A DNA stretch of 32,000 bases from Desulfosudis oleivorans Hxd3 (GTDB lineage: Bacteria; Desulfobacterota; Desulfobacteria; Desulfobacterales; Desulfosudaceae), in contig NC_009943.1 in NCBI RefSeq assembly GCF_000018405.1, positions 240,417 through 272,416 of the forward strand, written 5' to 3'. Of this stretch, positions 1 through 8,629 are shown in pieces; within the stretch, counting starts at the first letter, position 1; each line of letters starts with the position of its first letter. The translations under genes and the position numbers were made by a program. The notes below the pieces were generated by a model that saw only the letters and a list, made by a program, of their open reading frames with translations, did not search any database and was not told the origin of the DNA.

Positions 1-2
1 AG

Positions 3-824
3 ATCTCCATTGACGTGGCCAATGACGAGGCCCTGCTGAAAAAGATCCGCCGGTCCGGGGGCACCCATTTTTTCATCGGGCTGGAATCCCTGGACCTTCG
101 CAACCTGAAATATATCGACAAGCATATCGTGGGCGACATCGAAAAGCGGGGCATTACGGCGTCGGACTATTATGCCGAAAGGATTCGAAAGATTCACGCC
201 CAGGGCATTTCGGTGCACGGCTCCTTTATCGTGGGCCTGCCCTATGACTACTTTCATTCGATTTCCGACAACACCGGCATCGACATCGCCCGGTTCTGCA
301 GCAAAAACCGCATCGGCGCCCAGCCCAGCACCATCGTGGACCTGCCCGGCTCGGTGTTTTTCAACGAGAGCCAGGAAAACAACCGGTTCCTGTACGGCCG
401 GCGGGGCACCATGGACTATTTTGTCTCCCTGTCCATCACCGATCTTGCCGAAACCAACAAGATGCCGCCGGACTCGCTGTACAATAGCCCACTGGTGATC
501 GCCGCCATGGTGTATGAAATTGCCAGCCGGGTCGGTTCTCCCATGACAGCGGCGAAAAATTCGGCTATTATTTTTACGCGTTCCTTTTTTCGCCCCACAA
601 AAAACGGCCGCGGGTTCCGGGTGCGGCAGCGGTTTCTCGACGCGCTGTGCTCGGCGGTTTCCCAGACGGCGGTCAGCCTGTACAAGGAGCAGGGCGAGTA
701 CCTGGTACGCTCAGCCCACGGTGTGCGGGGGATCATGGAACGCCTTTACGACGAGGAGAAAAACCCGGAGGTACGACGGATGTTTGCCCGGTATGTAACG
801 CGGTTTACCGAACAACCCGGATAA
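3..824 (+). CDS. Radical SAM enzyme, C-terminal part (5' end lies upstream of the window)
   Basis: The frame is open to the window edge. HFFIGLESLD and ISVHGSFIVGLPYD resemble the conserved G-x-E-S and F-I-V-G-x-P strands of the radical SAM barrel, as in B12-binding radical SAM enzymes. The CxxxCxxC cluster motif is not visible because the N-terminus is missing. Confidence 0.6.
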   Translation: MSIDVANDEALLKKIRRSGGTHFFIGLESLDLRNLKYIDKHIVGDIEKRGITASDYYAERIRKIHAQGISVHGSFIVGLPYDYFHSISDNTGIDIARFCSKNRIGAQPSTIVDLPGSVFFNESQENNRFLYGRRGTMDYFVSLSITDLAETNKMPPDSLYNSPLVIAAMVYEIASRVGSPMTAAKNSAIIFTRSFFRPTKNGRGFRVRQRFLDALCSAVSQTAVSLYKEQGEYLVRSAHGVRGIMERLYDEEKNPEVRRMFARYVTRFTEQPG

Positions 825-835
825 GGACAACGGAT

Positions 836-1003
836 ATGGTAGATGTAAAGCTTTCAAAGGAGCGCAACAAGAAGGGGGAGATTATTTCCGCCACGGTTTC
901 TATTGACCGGAACGGCGCCATTGAAAGACGCCGGTTTGCCACCGAGGAGGAAGCAAAGGCGTTTATCAGAAGAATGAGGGAAGAGGCGGCCAGGGATCAG
1001 TAG
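836..1003 (+). CDS. Small charged hypothetical protein (55 aa)
   Basis: An internal ATG of the 647..1003 ORF is preceded by AAGGA, 12 nt after the radical SAM stop. The protein MVDVKLSKERNKKGEII...EEEAKAFIRRMREEAARDQ has normal, non-repetitive composition. No family was recognised. Confidence 0.4.
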   Translation: MVDVKLSKERNKKGEIISATVSIDRNGAIERRRFATEEEAKAFIRRMREEAARDQ

Positions 1004-1299
1004 CCTGAATACCGGTTTTTTCTTCTAATCGTCTGGCAGCCGTGACAAACAAAGCCTGCCGGTAATCCCGCTGTCTTTGTTTTACAGCCGTCCGGGTGAC
1101 GGCGTTGTAAAACGACCTGTTGCCTTCCCACCACAACGTCCCAGCAGCCGGGATCATTCTTGAAAACAGCGGCATGGTTTGATAGGGTATGGACCAGCGG
1201 CACCTGCCGGTCCCTTAAGGGGATTGCAGGGCATGCCGCTTTTTGCGTTACACTGGTTGCTCCGGCGGTTTGCGCTGCCGGGTGCCGACGGAAACGAAG

Positions 1300-4200
1300 A
1301 TGACGCTCAAATCAAAAGCCCTGGAAGTCAACCTGGCCAGCTATCATGTGGATGTCTCCATTGAGGACCGCTACATGGTGCTGCGTGATGTCATGGCCGA
1401 CTTCCAGGGTCTTGCCGAGCGGCTGGACACCTTCTTAAAAGAGCTCTCCCACCCGTACCGGAACTGGCGGTTTATCGTCAGCGAGGCCCGCACCTTTTCC
1501 CTGGACTATTTTTACCAGCTTCGCAACCACGCAAAAGGCCCCCAGGCCGCTGACCTGTATGTCAAGATTTTTGCCGGCGCCATCAGCGCGGCCCAGCAGA
1601 TGCAGGTAAAGGTGGACGCCGCCGACAACCTGCTTTTGTTTCTGCAAAAGGCGGCAAAAGAGGGGGGGGCGGACATGGCGCCGGTGCTTCAGGCGGGCAT
1701 TGACACGATTGCGCGCCTGGAGGGCGAGAGCTTTTCCTTCTTTATCAACAGTTACTACCAGTTGACCGATGTGGCGGCCGCCATGCTCAAAGGCGGGGCC
1801 GCCGACCTGCTGGATGCCGCGCGTCTCGGCCGCCTGCTGGAAAAATACCTGGTGGCGGTGTGCCGCTGCTGGCAGCAGGAAAAAGACAGTCTTGCCTGGC
1901 TGAAAAAAGAGATCGGCTGGACCGCTCCGGCCACCCCTGCCCAGGAGGAGGTGGTGGCCCTGGTTTCCGGGGTGTCCCACAACGCCATCAGCCAGATGCT
2001 TGTGCGCATACGGCAGCTGGAGACCAAAACCCCGGATTCCCGGGAACGGTGCCGGCAACTGGCCCAACTGCCCGGCTACGAGTTTTTTGTGTCCGCCTAC
2101 CGGAACCTGCCCGACGCCCTGTATGCCGCCGGCGTCGACACCGGTAACGGCCACCAGTGGAAACTCCTGGCCCTGTTTCTGGTGTTGAACATGTCAAGCC
2201 TTTCCGGCCTTCACGAAGAGGCATTGCGGGAAATCAACACCACCCTGACCTACCTGATTTCCAGCAGCGATATCAAGAAGAGCCGGGAGTGGATCAAGCG
2301 GACCTTTCAGGTGCTGCAGGATCAGACGGCCCGTTTTCCGGCCACGGCCTTAAACTGCGTGCGCAACGTGGGGGAGAGCGTTTACAAGACCGGGGACGCC
2401 GAGCTGGTGAGCTATTTTATCGACGGCGTGATTGGCCTGGGGTTTCATGCCCCCATGGTGGAGGGGGTGGACAACGACTGGAAGATAAAAGCCAACAAGG
2501 CCCACATTCAGAACATTCGGGCCTGGCTGGCCCTGATCCGGGAAAACCCCCAGCGCTCCTCGCGGCTGTTGTCGGCGCTTATCGTTCATCTCACCCTGGA
2601 GGGGGTATTCATCCGGGACACCGACCTGTTCCCAAGGGATATCACCGAGCTGCTCAACAGTGACATCGGCCCGGTTTATAACATGGTCAAGCAGTTTGCC
2701 CGCCTGCTGCCGGTTTTTTTCAACGACATCGGGGCCGAAGGCGCCCTGCGGGATATCTCCACCGAGCTGGACGAAATCTGCCACCGCAAGGACGTGCTGG
2801 TTCATTTTTTAAGAAAGCAGGGTCACGTGGAGGGCAGCAACCGGCTGATTCCCTTTATGGAGGCGGCTATTGCTTTCTGGCTGACAAAAGACAAGACCGG
2901 TCTAAGGGCTTTTCTGCCGCCGGACATGTATGAACAGGTGCGGGAGAGCGGTCCCTACGTGGACCAGATGCACGCCCTGTTTTCACACCTGGCCGACAGC
3001 GGCGTGGACCTTCCCCGGGGCCTGCTGGCCCTTGACGCTGAAGCGGTGGCCGCGCTGTGCGAAAAGGTGCCCGCCGCGCCGGACCGGGAACGGCGACGGG
3101 TGGTGCTGGTGACCGAGTTCTACAAGCTGCTGGACCAGAAATACACCATCAATCCCTCAGACGTCGAGGGATACGTGGCCCGGCTCAACACCGTCGATTT
3201 TCCGGACTTAAAGGAGCTCAAGCGGGCCTTTGCCGAATCCAAGGCCAAAAACAAGGCAACCCGGCTCATCACCTACCTGGAGCAGCTCAAGGCACTGATC
3301 CTGTCCGACGAACGGTTTGAGATCGAGCAGAACATCTACGAGAAACGCCATATCGCCGTGGACATCCCCTCCATGTACGGCAGCTACCGGGAGACCAAGT
3401 TCGACGCCCTGGGCCTCACCTTCCGGTTGGAGGCCCTGCTCAACGTGCTGTTCGAAGAGATCGTCAACGACATCGACCTGGGCCTGATCACCAAGACCAC
3501 CTTTTTCCAGATTTACAACTGCCTGCGGCTTTTTGTGCGGGCCCTGGCCGTGGACGGCTTTTCCACCAAGGAGATCGAGCTCCAGCTGGACCTCCTGTCC
3601 CAGGGCATCAACACCCGGGGGTTTTCCTTTACCCAGTTTTTGGACATCTTCAAGCGGTTTGCCACCGCGGTCAAGCACATCATCGCCGACCATTTTCACA
3701 ACCGGCACGCAAAGAACCTGCGGACCATCCTGTCCGGCCAGCCCTCCGGCGTGGTGCTGCCCAAGTACCTTCCCGGTGACGGCAGCCGGAGCGCCGACAT
3801 GGACCACGACAAGCTGACCCACCGGGTGTCCGAGATCTTTTTTCGGGAAAAGATCGCCCTCTCCCTGGGGCTTCCTCAGCTGGACCTGCTGCTGACCCGC
3901 GTTCTCAACGTGCTGTTTCACCAGGCCAACACCCTTCCGGCCGAACGGCTGGAGCGGCTGCTCAACTACGACCCGGCCCGCACCATCGCGGCCATCGATG
4001 TCCGGGAAACAAAAAAATACGGCATCATTCACCTGGGCAACAAGGGGTTTAACATCATCAAGCTGTCCGGTTACGGATACCCGGTGCCGCCGGGATTCAT
4101 TATTACCACCGAGGTGTTCCGGTGCCGGGACATCATGGATGCCTATGCCCCGGCCGAGGAGATTTTCCGGCAGCAGATGGCCCATCACCTGAAACACCTG

Positions 4201-5508
4201 GAAAAGTCCGCGGGCCGAAAATTCGGCGACCCGGCAAACCCCCTGCTGCTGGCGGTACGGAGCGGGGCCGCCATCTCCCAGCCGGGCATGATGGACACGG
4301 CCTTAAACGTGGGCATGAACGAGGAGATCACACAGGGGCTGGCGCAACAGACCCGGAACGCATGGTTTGCCTGGGACAGCTACCGCCGGTTTCTGCAATA
4401 CTACGGCATGGCCTTTGGCCTGAAGCGGGACGATTTTGACGCCATCATCCGTGAACACAAGGCCCGGCGGAGCATTCCCCTGAAACGCTATTTTTCCGGG
4501 GACCAGATGCGGCAGGTGGCCCTGGACTATAAAAAAATGCTGGAAGACTGCAAAATAAAGGTTGCGGAGAACCCGTTTGATCAGCTTTACGTAACCGTCA
4601 AAAACGTGTTTGCCTCCTGGTATTCCCAGAAGGCGGAAAACTACCGGAAGATCGTGGGCATCTCCGATGACTGGGGCACGGCGGTAACGGTGCAGTCCAT
4701 GGTGTTCGGCAACCTCTCCCGGCAGTCGGGCAGCGGCGTTTTTTTCACTCACAGCCCCCGCATGCCGGGGGACACGCCCCGGCTGTGGGGCGACTTTACC
4801 ATCGGCAACCAGGGCGAGGACGTGGTGTCCGGCCTGGTCAACACCCTGCCCATTTCCGTGATGCAGAAAGAGGCGGAGCAACGCCGGACCGACATCACCC
4901 TGGAGACCCATTTCCCCGAGATATACGCCGCCCTGAAACAGTGGGTGGATGAGCTGATCTACGAGCACGGCTGGAACCCCCAGGAGATGGAGTTTACGTT
5001 TGAGGGCCCCACGAAAAGCCAGCTTTACTTTCTGCAGACCCGGGACATGACCATTCGGGAGAGCAAAAACATCACGATTTTCGACCCGGACGACGTGCTG
5101 GAGAGCGACCGGTTCCTGGGCCAGGGTATCGGCGTGAGCGGCGGCGCCATGAGCGGGCGTATTGTTTTTTCTTTAGAGGAGATCGACAAGTGGGCCATGG
5201 TGGAGCCCGATACCCATCTGATCCTGATACGGGGCGATACCGTGCCCGACGATATTCGGGAAATATCGGGCACCGACGGCCTGCTGACGGCACGGGGCGG
5301 TCTTTCCTCCCATGCGGCGGTGCTGGCCCACAGCCTGGGCAAGACTTGCGTGGTGGGTTGCGGGGCACTGGTCTGTGACGAGGTGAAAAAGACCTGCCGG
5401 TTCCATGACGTGGTGTTGAACGCCGGAGACTATATCAGCCTTGACGGCGCCGAAGGATCGGTTTATTCAGGATTTTTAAAGACCCGGAAGGTGGAGGCGT
5501 ACCTGTAG
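1300..5508 (+). CDS. Giant PPDK/PEP-synthase-like phosphotransferase. It has an N-terminal region of about 900 aa of unknown function, a PPDK-type ATP-grasp domain and a phosphohistidine swivel domain. No PEP/pyruvate TIM-barrel domain is present.
   Basis: The C-terminal third matches pyruvate phosphate dikinase motifs: GNKGFNIIKLSGYGYPVPPGFIITTEVF, LLAVRSGAAISQPGMMDTALNVG, WGTAVTVQSMVFGN, GDFTIGNQGEDVVSG and LYFLQTRDM. It also carries the mobile-domain motif LLTARGGLSSHAAVLAHSLGKTCVVG, with the His codon at 5311-5313. The start could be 1243 or the MTLKSK ATG at 1300. Confidence 0.8.
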   Translation: MTLKSKALEVNLASYHVDVSIEDRYMVLRDVMADFQGLAERLDTFLKELSHPYRNWRFIVSEARTFSLDYFYQLRNHAKGPQAADLYVKIFAGAISAAQQMQVKVDAADNLLLFLQKAAKEGGADMAPVLQAGIDTIARLEGESFSFFINSYYQLTDVAAAMLKGGAADLLDAARLGRLLEKYLVAVCRCWQQEKDSLAWLKKEIGWTAPATPAQEEVVALVSGVSHNAISQMLVRIRQLETKTPDSRERCRQLAQLPGYEFFVSAYRNLPDALYAAGVDTGNGHQWKLLALFLVLNMSSLSGLHEEALREINTTLTYLISSSDIKKSREWIKRTFQVLQDQTARFPATALNCVRNVGESVYKTGDAELVSYFIDGVIGLGFHAPMVEGVDNDWKIKANKAHIQNIRAWLALIRENPQRSSRLLSALIVHLTLEGVFIRDTDLFPRDITELLNSDIGPVYNMVKQFARLLPVFFNDIGAEGALRDISTELDEICHRKDVLVHFLRKQGHVEGSNRLIPFMEAAIAFWLTKDKTGLRAFLPPDMYEQVRESGPYVDQMHALFSHLADSGVDLPRGLLALDAEAVAALCEKVPAAPDRERRRVVLVTEFYKLLDQKYTINPSDVEGYVARLNTVDFPDLKELKRAFAESKAKNKATRLITYLEQLKALILSDERFEIEQNIYEKRHIAVDIPSMYGSYRETKFDALGLTFRLEALLNVLFEEIVNDIDLGLITKTTFFQIYNCLRLFVRALAVDGFSTKEIELQLDLLSQGINTRGFSFTQFLDIFKRFATAVKHIIADHFHNRHAKNLRTILSGQPSGVVLPKYLPGDGSRSADMDHDKLTHRVSEIFFREKIALSLGLPQLDLLLTRVLNVLFHQANTLPAERLERLLNYDPARTIAAIDVRETKKYGIIHLGNKGFNIIKLSGYGYPVPPGFIITTEVFRCRDIMDAYAPAEEIFRQQMAHHLKHLEKSAGRKFGDPANPLLLAVRSGAAISQPGMMDTALNVGMNEEITQGLAQQTRNAWFAWDSYRRFLQYYGMAFGLKRDDFDAIIREHKARRSIPLKRYFSGDQMRQVALDYKKMLEDCKIKVAENPFDQLYVTVKNVFASWYSQKAENYRKIVGISDDWGTAVTVQSMVFGNLSRQSGSGVFFTHSPRMPGDTPRLWGDFTIGNQGEDVVSGLVNTLPISVMQKEAEQRRTDITLETHFPEIYAALKQWVDELIYEHGWNPQEMEFTFEGPTKSQLYFLQTRDMTIRESKNITIFDPDDVLESDRFLGQGIGVSGGAMSGRIVFSLEEIDKWAMVEPDTHLILIRGDTVPDDIREISGTDGLLTARGGLSSHAAVLAHSLGKTCVVGCGALVCDEVKKTCRFHDVVLNAGDYISLDGAEGSVYSGFLKTRKVEAYL

Positions 5509-5588
5509 CCCGAATATTTCATGAAATATCCGGGTTAGAGGTTTAAACCAGGGCCGTGCGGGGGCCATTGAACAAAGGAGTACGAACC

Positions 5589-6842
5589 ATGAAAAAGCAA
5601 GACGCCGTGAAGATCGGCATTAACGGTCTGGGCAGAATCGGCAAACTGACGCTGTGGCATCATGTGGGCCGCAAGTATTTTCAGGAGATTGTCGTCAATA
5701 TCGGTCGATCGGCGGGATCTTCCATGAATGACATCGCCCATTATATCGAACGGGATTCCACTTACGGTCACCTGCACAGTTACCTTCACGGCTGCAGCTC
5801 GACACCGGTCATTGAAGAGGTGGACGAAGTGGCCGGCACCATGGTCATCGACGGTGTCAACGTGCGTTTTCTCCGCAAGGAGCGGAACCCCGCCGACATC
5901 GGGTGGCGAAACTTCGGCGTCAAGCTGGTGGTGGACACCACGGGGTCATTCCTGGATCCCACCGTGCCCGCCGACGCCCCCAAAGGCGCGCTGCGCGGTC
6001 ATCTCGTCTCCGGCGCGGAGAAGGTGGTGCTGTCGGCCCCCTTCAAGATCAAGGACAAGCAGGCCGCCATGCCCGACGATGCGGTGACCACGGTGATGGG
6101 CATCAATGAAAACGATTATGATCCCCGGCGGCACGTTCTGGTTTCCAACGCCTCCTGCACCACCACCTGCCTGGCCCACATGATCAAACCGTTGCTCAAC
6201 CACTTCGGGCCGCGAAAGATCCTGTCCGCCTCCATGGCAACGATTCACGCGGCCACGGCCAGCCAGGAGGTGCTGGACCGGCTGCCCAAGGCGGGAAAGA
6301 CCGACCTGCGAAAGAACCGGAGCGTGCTCAACAATATTATTCTGACCACCACGGGCGCGGCCAACGCGTTGCGCCTGGTGATTCCGGAGATGCGGCAGAT
6401 CGGCTTTATTGCCGAGTCGGTGCGGGTGCCCGTGACCTCCGGATCCCTGATTATCCTGGTGGTCAATCTTCAGGAGGAGCTTTCCGGCGATCCCATCCGG
6501 CGGGAGCGCATCAACAACATCTACCGTCAGGCCGCGGCGGGCAGCCCGAATGGATACCTGCTTTATACGGACAAGCAGAACGTGTCCGCCGACATCATCG
6601 GCGCGCCCAGGGCCGCGGCCGTGATCGAGGGTAGTGAAACCCATACGCGCACCGCCGAGGTGGCCATAGACCTGCACAATGTGCCCGGCCTGGACGACCG
6701 CATTCTGTCCGCCGTGGAAAACGCCACCATTCGGGTGCCGGTGACCCAGACCGTGATTTTCGGGTGGTACGACAATGAGATGGCCAGCTATGTGAATATT
6801 CTGGGAGACCGGTGCGTGTCGGTGGCTGAAATACTTAATTGA
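5589..6842 (+). CDS. Glyceraldehyde-3-phosphate dehydrogenase family protein, long form (417 aa)
   Basis: AAAGGAG RBS lies 8 nt upstream of the ATG at 5589. It has the NAD-binding motif KIGINGLGRIGKL, the catalytic Cys motif SNASCTTTCLAHM and ATIHAATASQ. It is about 80 aa longer than classical Gap because of internal insertions. Confidence 0.85.
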   Translation: MKKQDAVKIGINGLGRIGKLTLWHHVGRKYFQEIVVNIGRSAGSSMNDIAHYIERDSTYGHLHSYLHGCSSTPVIEEVDEVAGTMVIDGVNVRFLRKERNPADIGWRNFGVKLVVDTTGSFLDPTVPADAPKGALRGHLVSGAEKVVLSAPFKIKDKQAAMPDDAVTTVMGINENDYDPRRHVLVSNASCTTTCLAHMIKPLLNHFGPRKILSASMATIHAATASQEVLDRLPKAGKTDLRKNRSVLNNIILTTTGAANALRLVIPEMRQIGFIAESVRVPVTSGSLIILVVNLQEELSGDPIRRERINNIYRQAAAGSPNGYLLYTDKQNVSADIIGAPRAAAVIEGSETHTRTAEVAIDLHNVPGLDDRILSAVENATIRVPVTQTVIFGWYDNEMASYVNILGDRCVSVAEILN

Positions 6843-6934
6843 CAAGCAGTCCGGTTATCGAATGGGTGAGAGTGCCCGGAAATTCAAGGCATATTTTGAC
6901 AGAAGCACAGTTTTGTGCAGCGAAGCAGTGTTGT

Positions 6935-7330
6935 ATGATTGACAAGAAGATTCTGGTGATTGATGACGAGGGCGCGCAGCGGGACGTGATGGAGCGGTTT
7001 ATTCCCAAGCTCGGCTACGCGGTTCGCGTGGCCGACTCGGCCGAGACCGCCCTTGCAGTGCTGAAGGAAGAAGCCTTCCCCCTGGTGATTACCGACCTGA
7101 ACATGCCCGGCATGGACGGCCTGGAGCTGTGCCGCCGCATCAAGCAGCTGGATGCCGGCATCATCATTTATGCTCTGTCTGGTTATATCGCCTCCTTTGA
7201 CGAGGCAAAACTGGATGCCTGCGGGTTTGACGGCTATTTGAGCAAGCCGGCCAACGCCAGGGTGCTGCACCAGGCGATTGAGGGGGCGTTTGAAAAGATT
7301 TTTCGCCGGGCACGGGAGGAGCAGGAATAG
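6935..7330 (+). CDS. Single-domain response regulator (CheY-like receiver, no output domain)
   Basis: KILVIDDE, the phospho-acceptor context LVITDLNMPGMDG and a conserved Lys in GYLSKP. The start was chosen at MIDKKIL rather than the longer ORF-track start at 6839. Confidence 0.85.
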   Translation: MIDKKILVIDDEGAQRDVMERFIPKLGYAVRVADSAETALAVLKEEAFPLVITDLNMPGMDGLELCRRIKQLDAGIIIYALSGYIASFDEAKLDACGFDGYLSKPANARVLHQAIEGAFEKIFRRAREEQE

Positions 7331-7345
7331 CAGGGGGGTGTAGTT

Positions 7346-7392
7346 AAAAAGCCGGATGCGAGCGCTAGCGCCCGCATCCGGCTTTTCGTGTT
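7346..7392. terminator. Bidirectional rho-independent terminator between convergent genes
   Basis: A 10-bp perfect stem, GCCGGATGCG (7351-7360) pairing with CGCATCCGGC (7373-7382). It is flanked by AAAAA upstream and a T-run downstream, between the receiver gene stop and the thiolase gene stop. Confidence 0.7.
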
Positions 7393-7428
7393 TTTAAGCC
7401 GGTTCAAAAGAACCGTTTTTTTTATCTG

Positions 7429-8604
7429 TTAGACCTTTTCCACCAGCAGTGCCCCGCCGTTGCCGAAGGCGCCGCACAGGGAGGCAAGGCCGTATTTTGC
7501 ATCCGGCGCATCTGTCTTTAAGACATTGAGGAGGGTGACAATGATGCGGGCGCCCGACTCTCCCAGGGGATGGCCAAGGGCGATGGCGCCGCCCCACATG
7601 TTGACCTTGTCAAAGGGCGCATTGTCTTTGTCCAGCTTGAGTTCCCGAATGCAGGCCAGTGCCTGGCTGGCAAAGGCCTCGTTAAGCTCGACGGCGCCGA
7701 TGTCCTGGGGGCCAAGGCCGGTGCGGGCGAACAGCTTCTGTACCGCCGGTACCGGGGCCATGCCCATGATGGTGGGGTCGCAGCCGCCCAGCACGCCGTA
7801 GCTGTACTTGTATGTGTAGGAAAGGCCCAGCGCGTCGGCCTTTTTGCGGCTCATCATCAGCATGCAGCAGGCGCCCTGGGTCAGGGGGGAGGAGGTGGCG
7901 GCGGTCACGTTGCCGTCCGGCTTGAACGGGGACTTCATGCTTGCCATTTTTGCCGGGTCCACCTTGTCGCGGATCCACTGGTCGTGCTCTACCAGGAACT
8001 CGTTACCCGCGTCGTCCAGGCCCTTGATCGGAACGATTTCGTTTTTGAACTTGCCGGCATCCCGGGCAGCAGCGGCTTTCTTGTTGGACCAGATGGCCAT
8101 GTTGTCCATGTCTTCCCTGGAGATCTTGTACATCTCGGCCACCTTTTCAGCGGTGGAGCCCATGGGGAAGTCGGCCAGATTGTAACGGCTGAAGAGCCGG
8201 GGCGGAAAGTCCATGTTGGCGGCCATGGGAACCTTTTCCATGTCTTCTGCACCGGCGGCGATCATGATGTCGGCCTCGCCGGTAATGATGGCCCGGGCCG
8301 CGTGCATGGTGGCGGCCATGCCGGACGGGCACTGGTTGGTGATGGTGTTGCTGGGAACACTCTCCGGATAACCGCCGGCCAGCCAGCCCAGCCGGCCGAT
8401 ATCGTTCTGCATGCCGGTAATATTGGCGCAGCCCACCATGATGGCGTCGATATCTTCGGGTTTGACGGCCTTGTTTCTTTCAAACAGGGCGTCGTAAGTG
8501 GCGGTGAGCAGCTCATCGGGACGCAGCTTCCGAAACCAGCCTTTTTCCGCATGGGCCCTGCCGTTGGGGGTTCTTACGCCGTCGATAAATACACATTCTT
8601 CCAT
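7429..8604 (-). CDS. Thiolase (acetyl-CoA C-acyltransferase family)
   Basis: Nucleophile Cys motif NQCPSGMAATMHAA, then GGAIALGHPLGESGAR and the C-terminal SLCGAFGNGGALLVEKV. AAGGAGA lies 8 nt upstream of the MEECVF ATG at 8604, so the longer ORF-track start at 8622 is probably wrong. Confidence 0.9.
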   Translation of the reverse strand: MEECVFIDGVRTPNGRAHAEKGWFRKLRPDELLTATYDALFERNKAVKPEDIDAIMVGCANITGMQNDIGRLGWLAGGYPESVPSNTITNQCPSGMAATMHAARAIITGEADIMIAAGAEDMEKVPMAANMDFPPRLFSRYNLADFPMGSTAEKVAEMYKISREDMDNMAIWSNKKAAAARDAGKFKNEIVPIKGLDDAGNEFLVEHDQWIRDKVDPAKMASMKSPFKPDGNVTAATSSPLTQGACCMLMMSRKKADALGLSYTYKYSYGVLGGCDPTIMGMAPVPAVQKLFARTGLGPQDIGAVELNEAFASQALACIRELKLDKDNAPFDKVNMWGGAIALGHPLGESGARIIVTLLNVLKTDAPDAKYGLASLCGAFGNGGALLVEKV

Positions 8605-8629
8605 AACAAAACTCTCCTTCATGTTTGAA

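Noticed and set aside
1243-1299. The upstream ATG at 1243 as the start of the PPDK-like gene.
   Set aside because: It adds a Cys/Arg/Gly-rich 19-aa extension with no RBS. The ATG at 1300 (MTLKSK) is preferred, but the choice is not certain.
1435-5406. Numerous ORF-track entries antisense to or overlapping the PPDK-like gene (e.g. 1435..2154 -, 3208..4197 -, 4303..4968 -, 2157..2663 +).
   Set aside because: They lie wholly inside a gene with strong family motifs. Their translations are Gly/Arg/Pro/His/Val-rich and low in complexity, as expected for off-frame reading of GC-rich coding DNA. No RBS or family motifs were seen.
5946-8628. Long antisense ORFs 5946..6845 (-) opposite the GAPDH gene and 7570..8628 (+) opposite the thiolase gene.
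   Set aside because: These are mirror-frame artefacts of high-GC genes. The sense-strand products carry unambiguous catalytic motifs, whereas these products are repetitive G/H/V/A strings.
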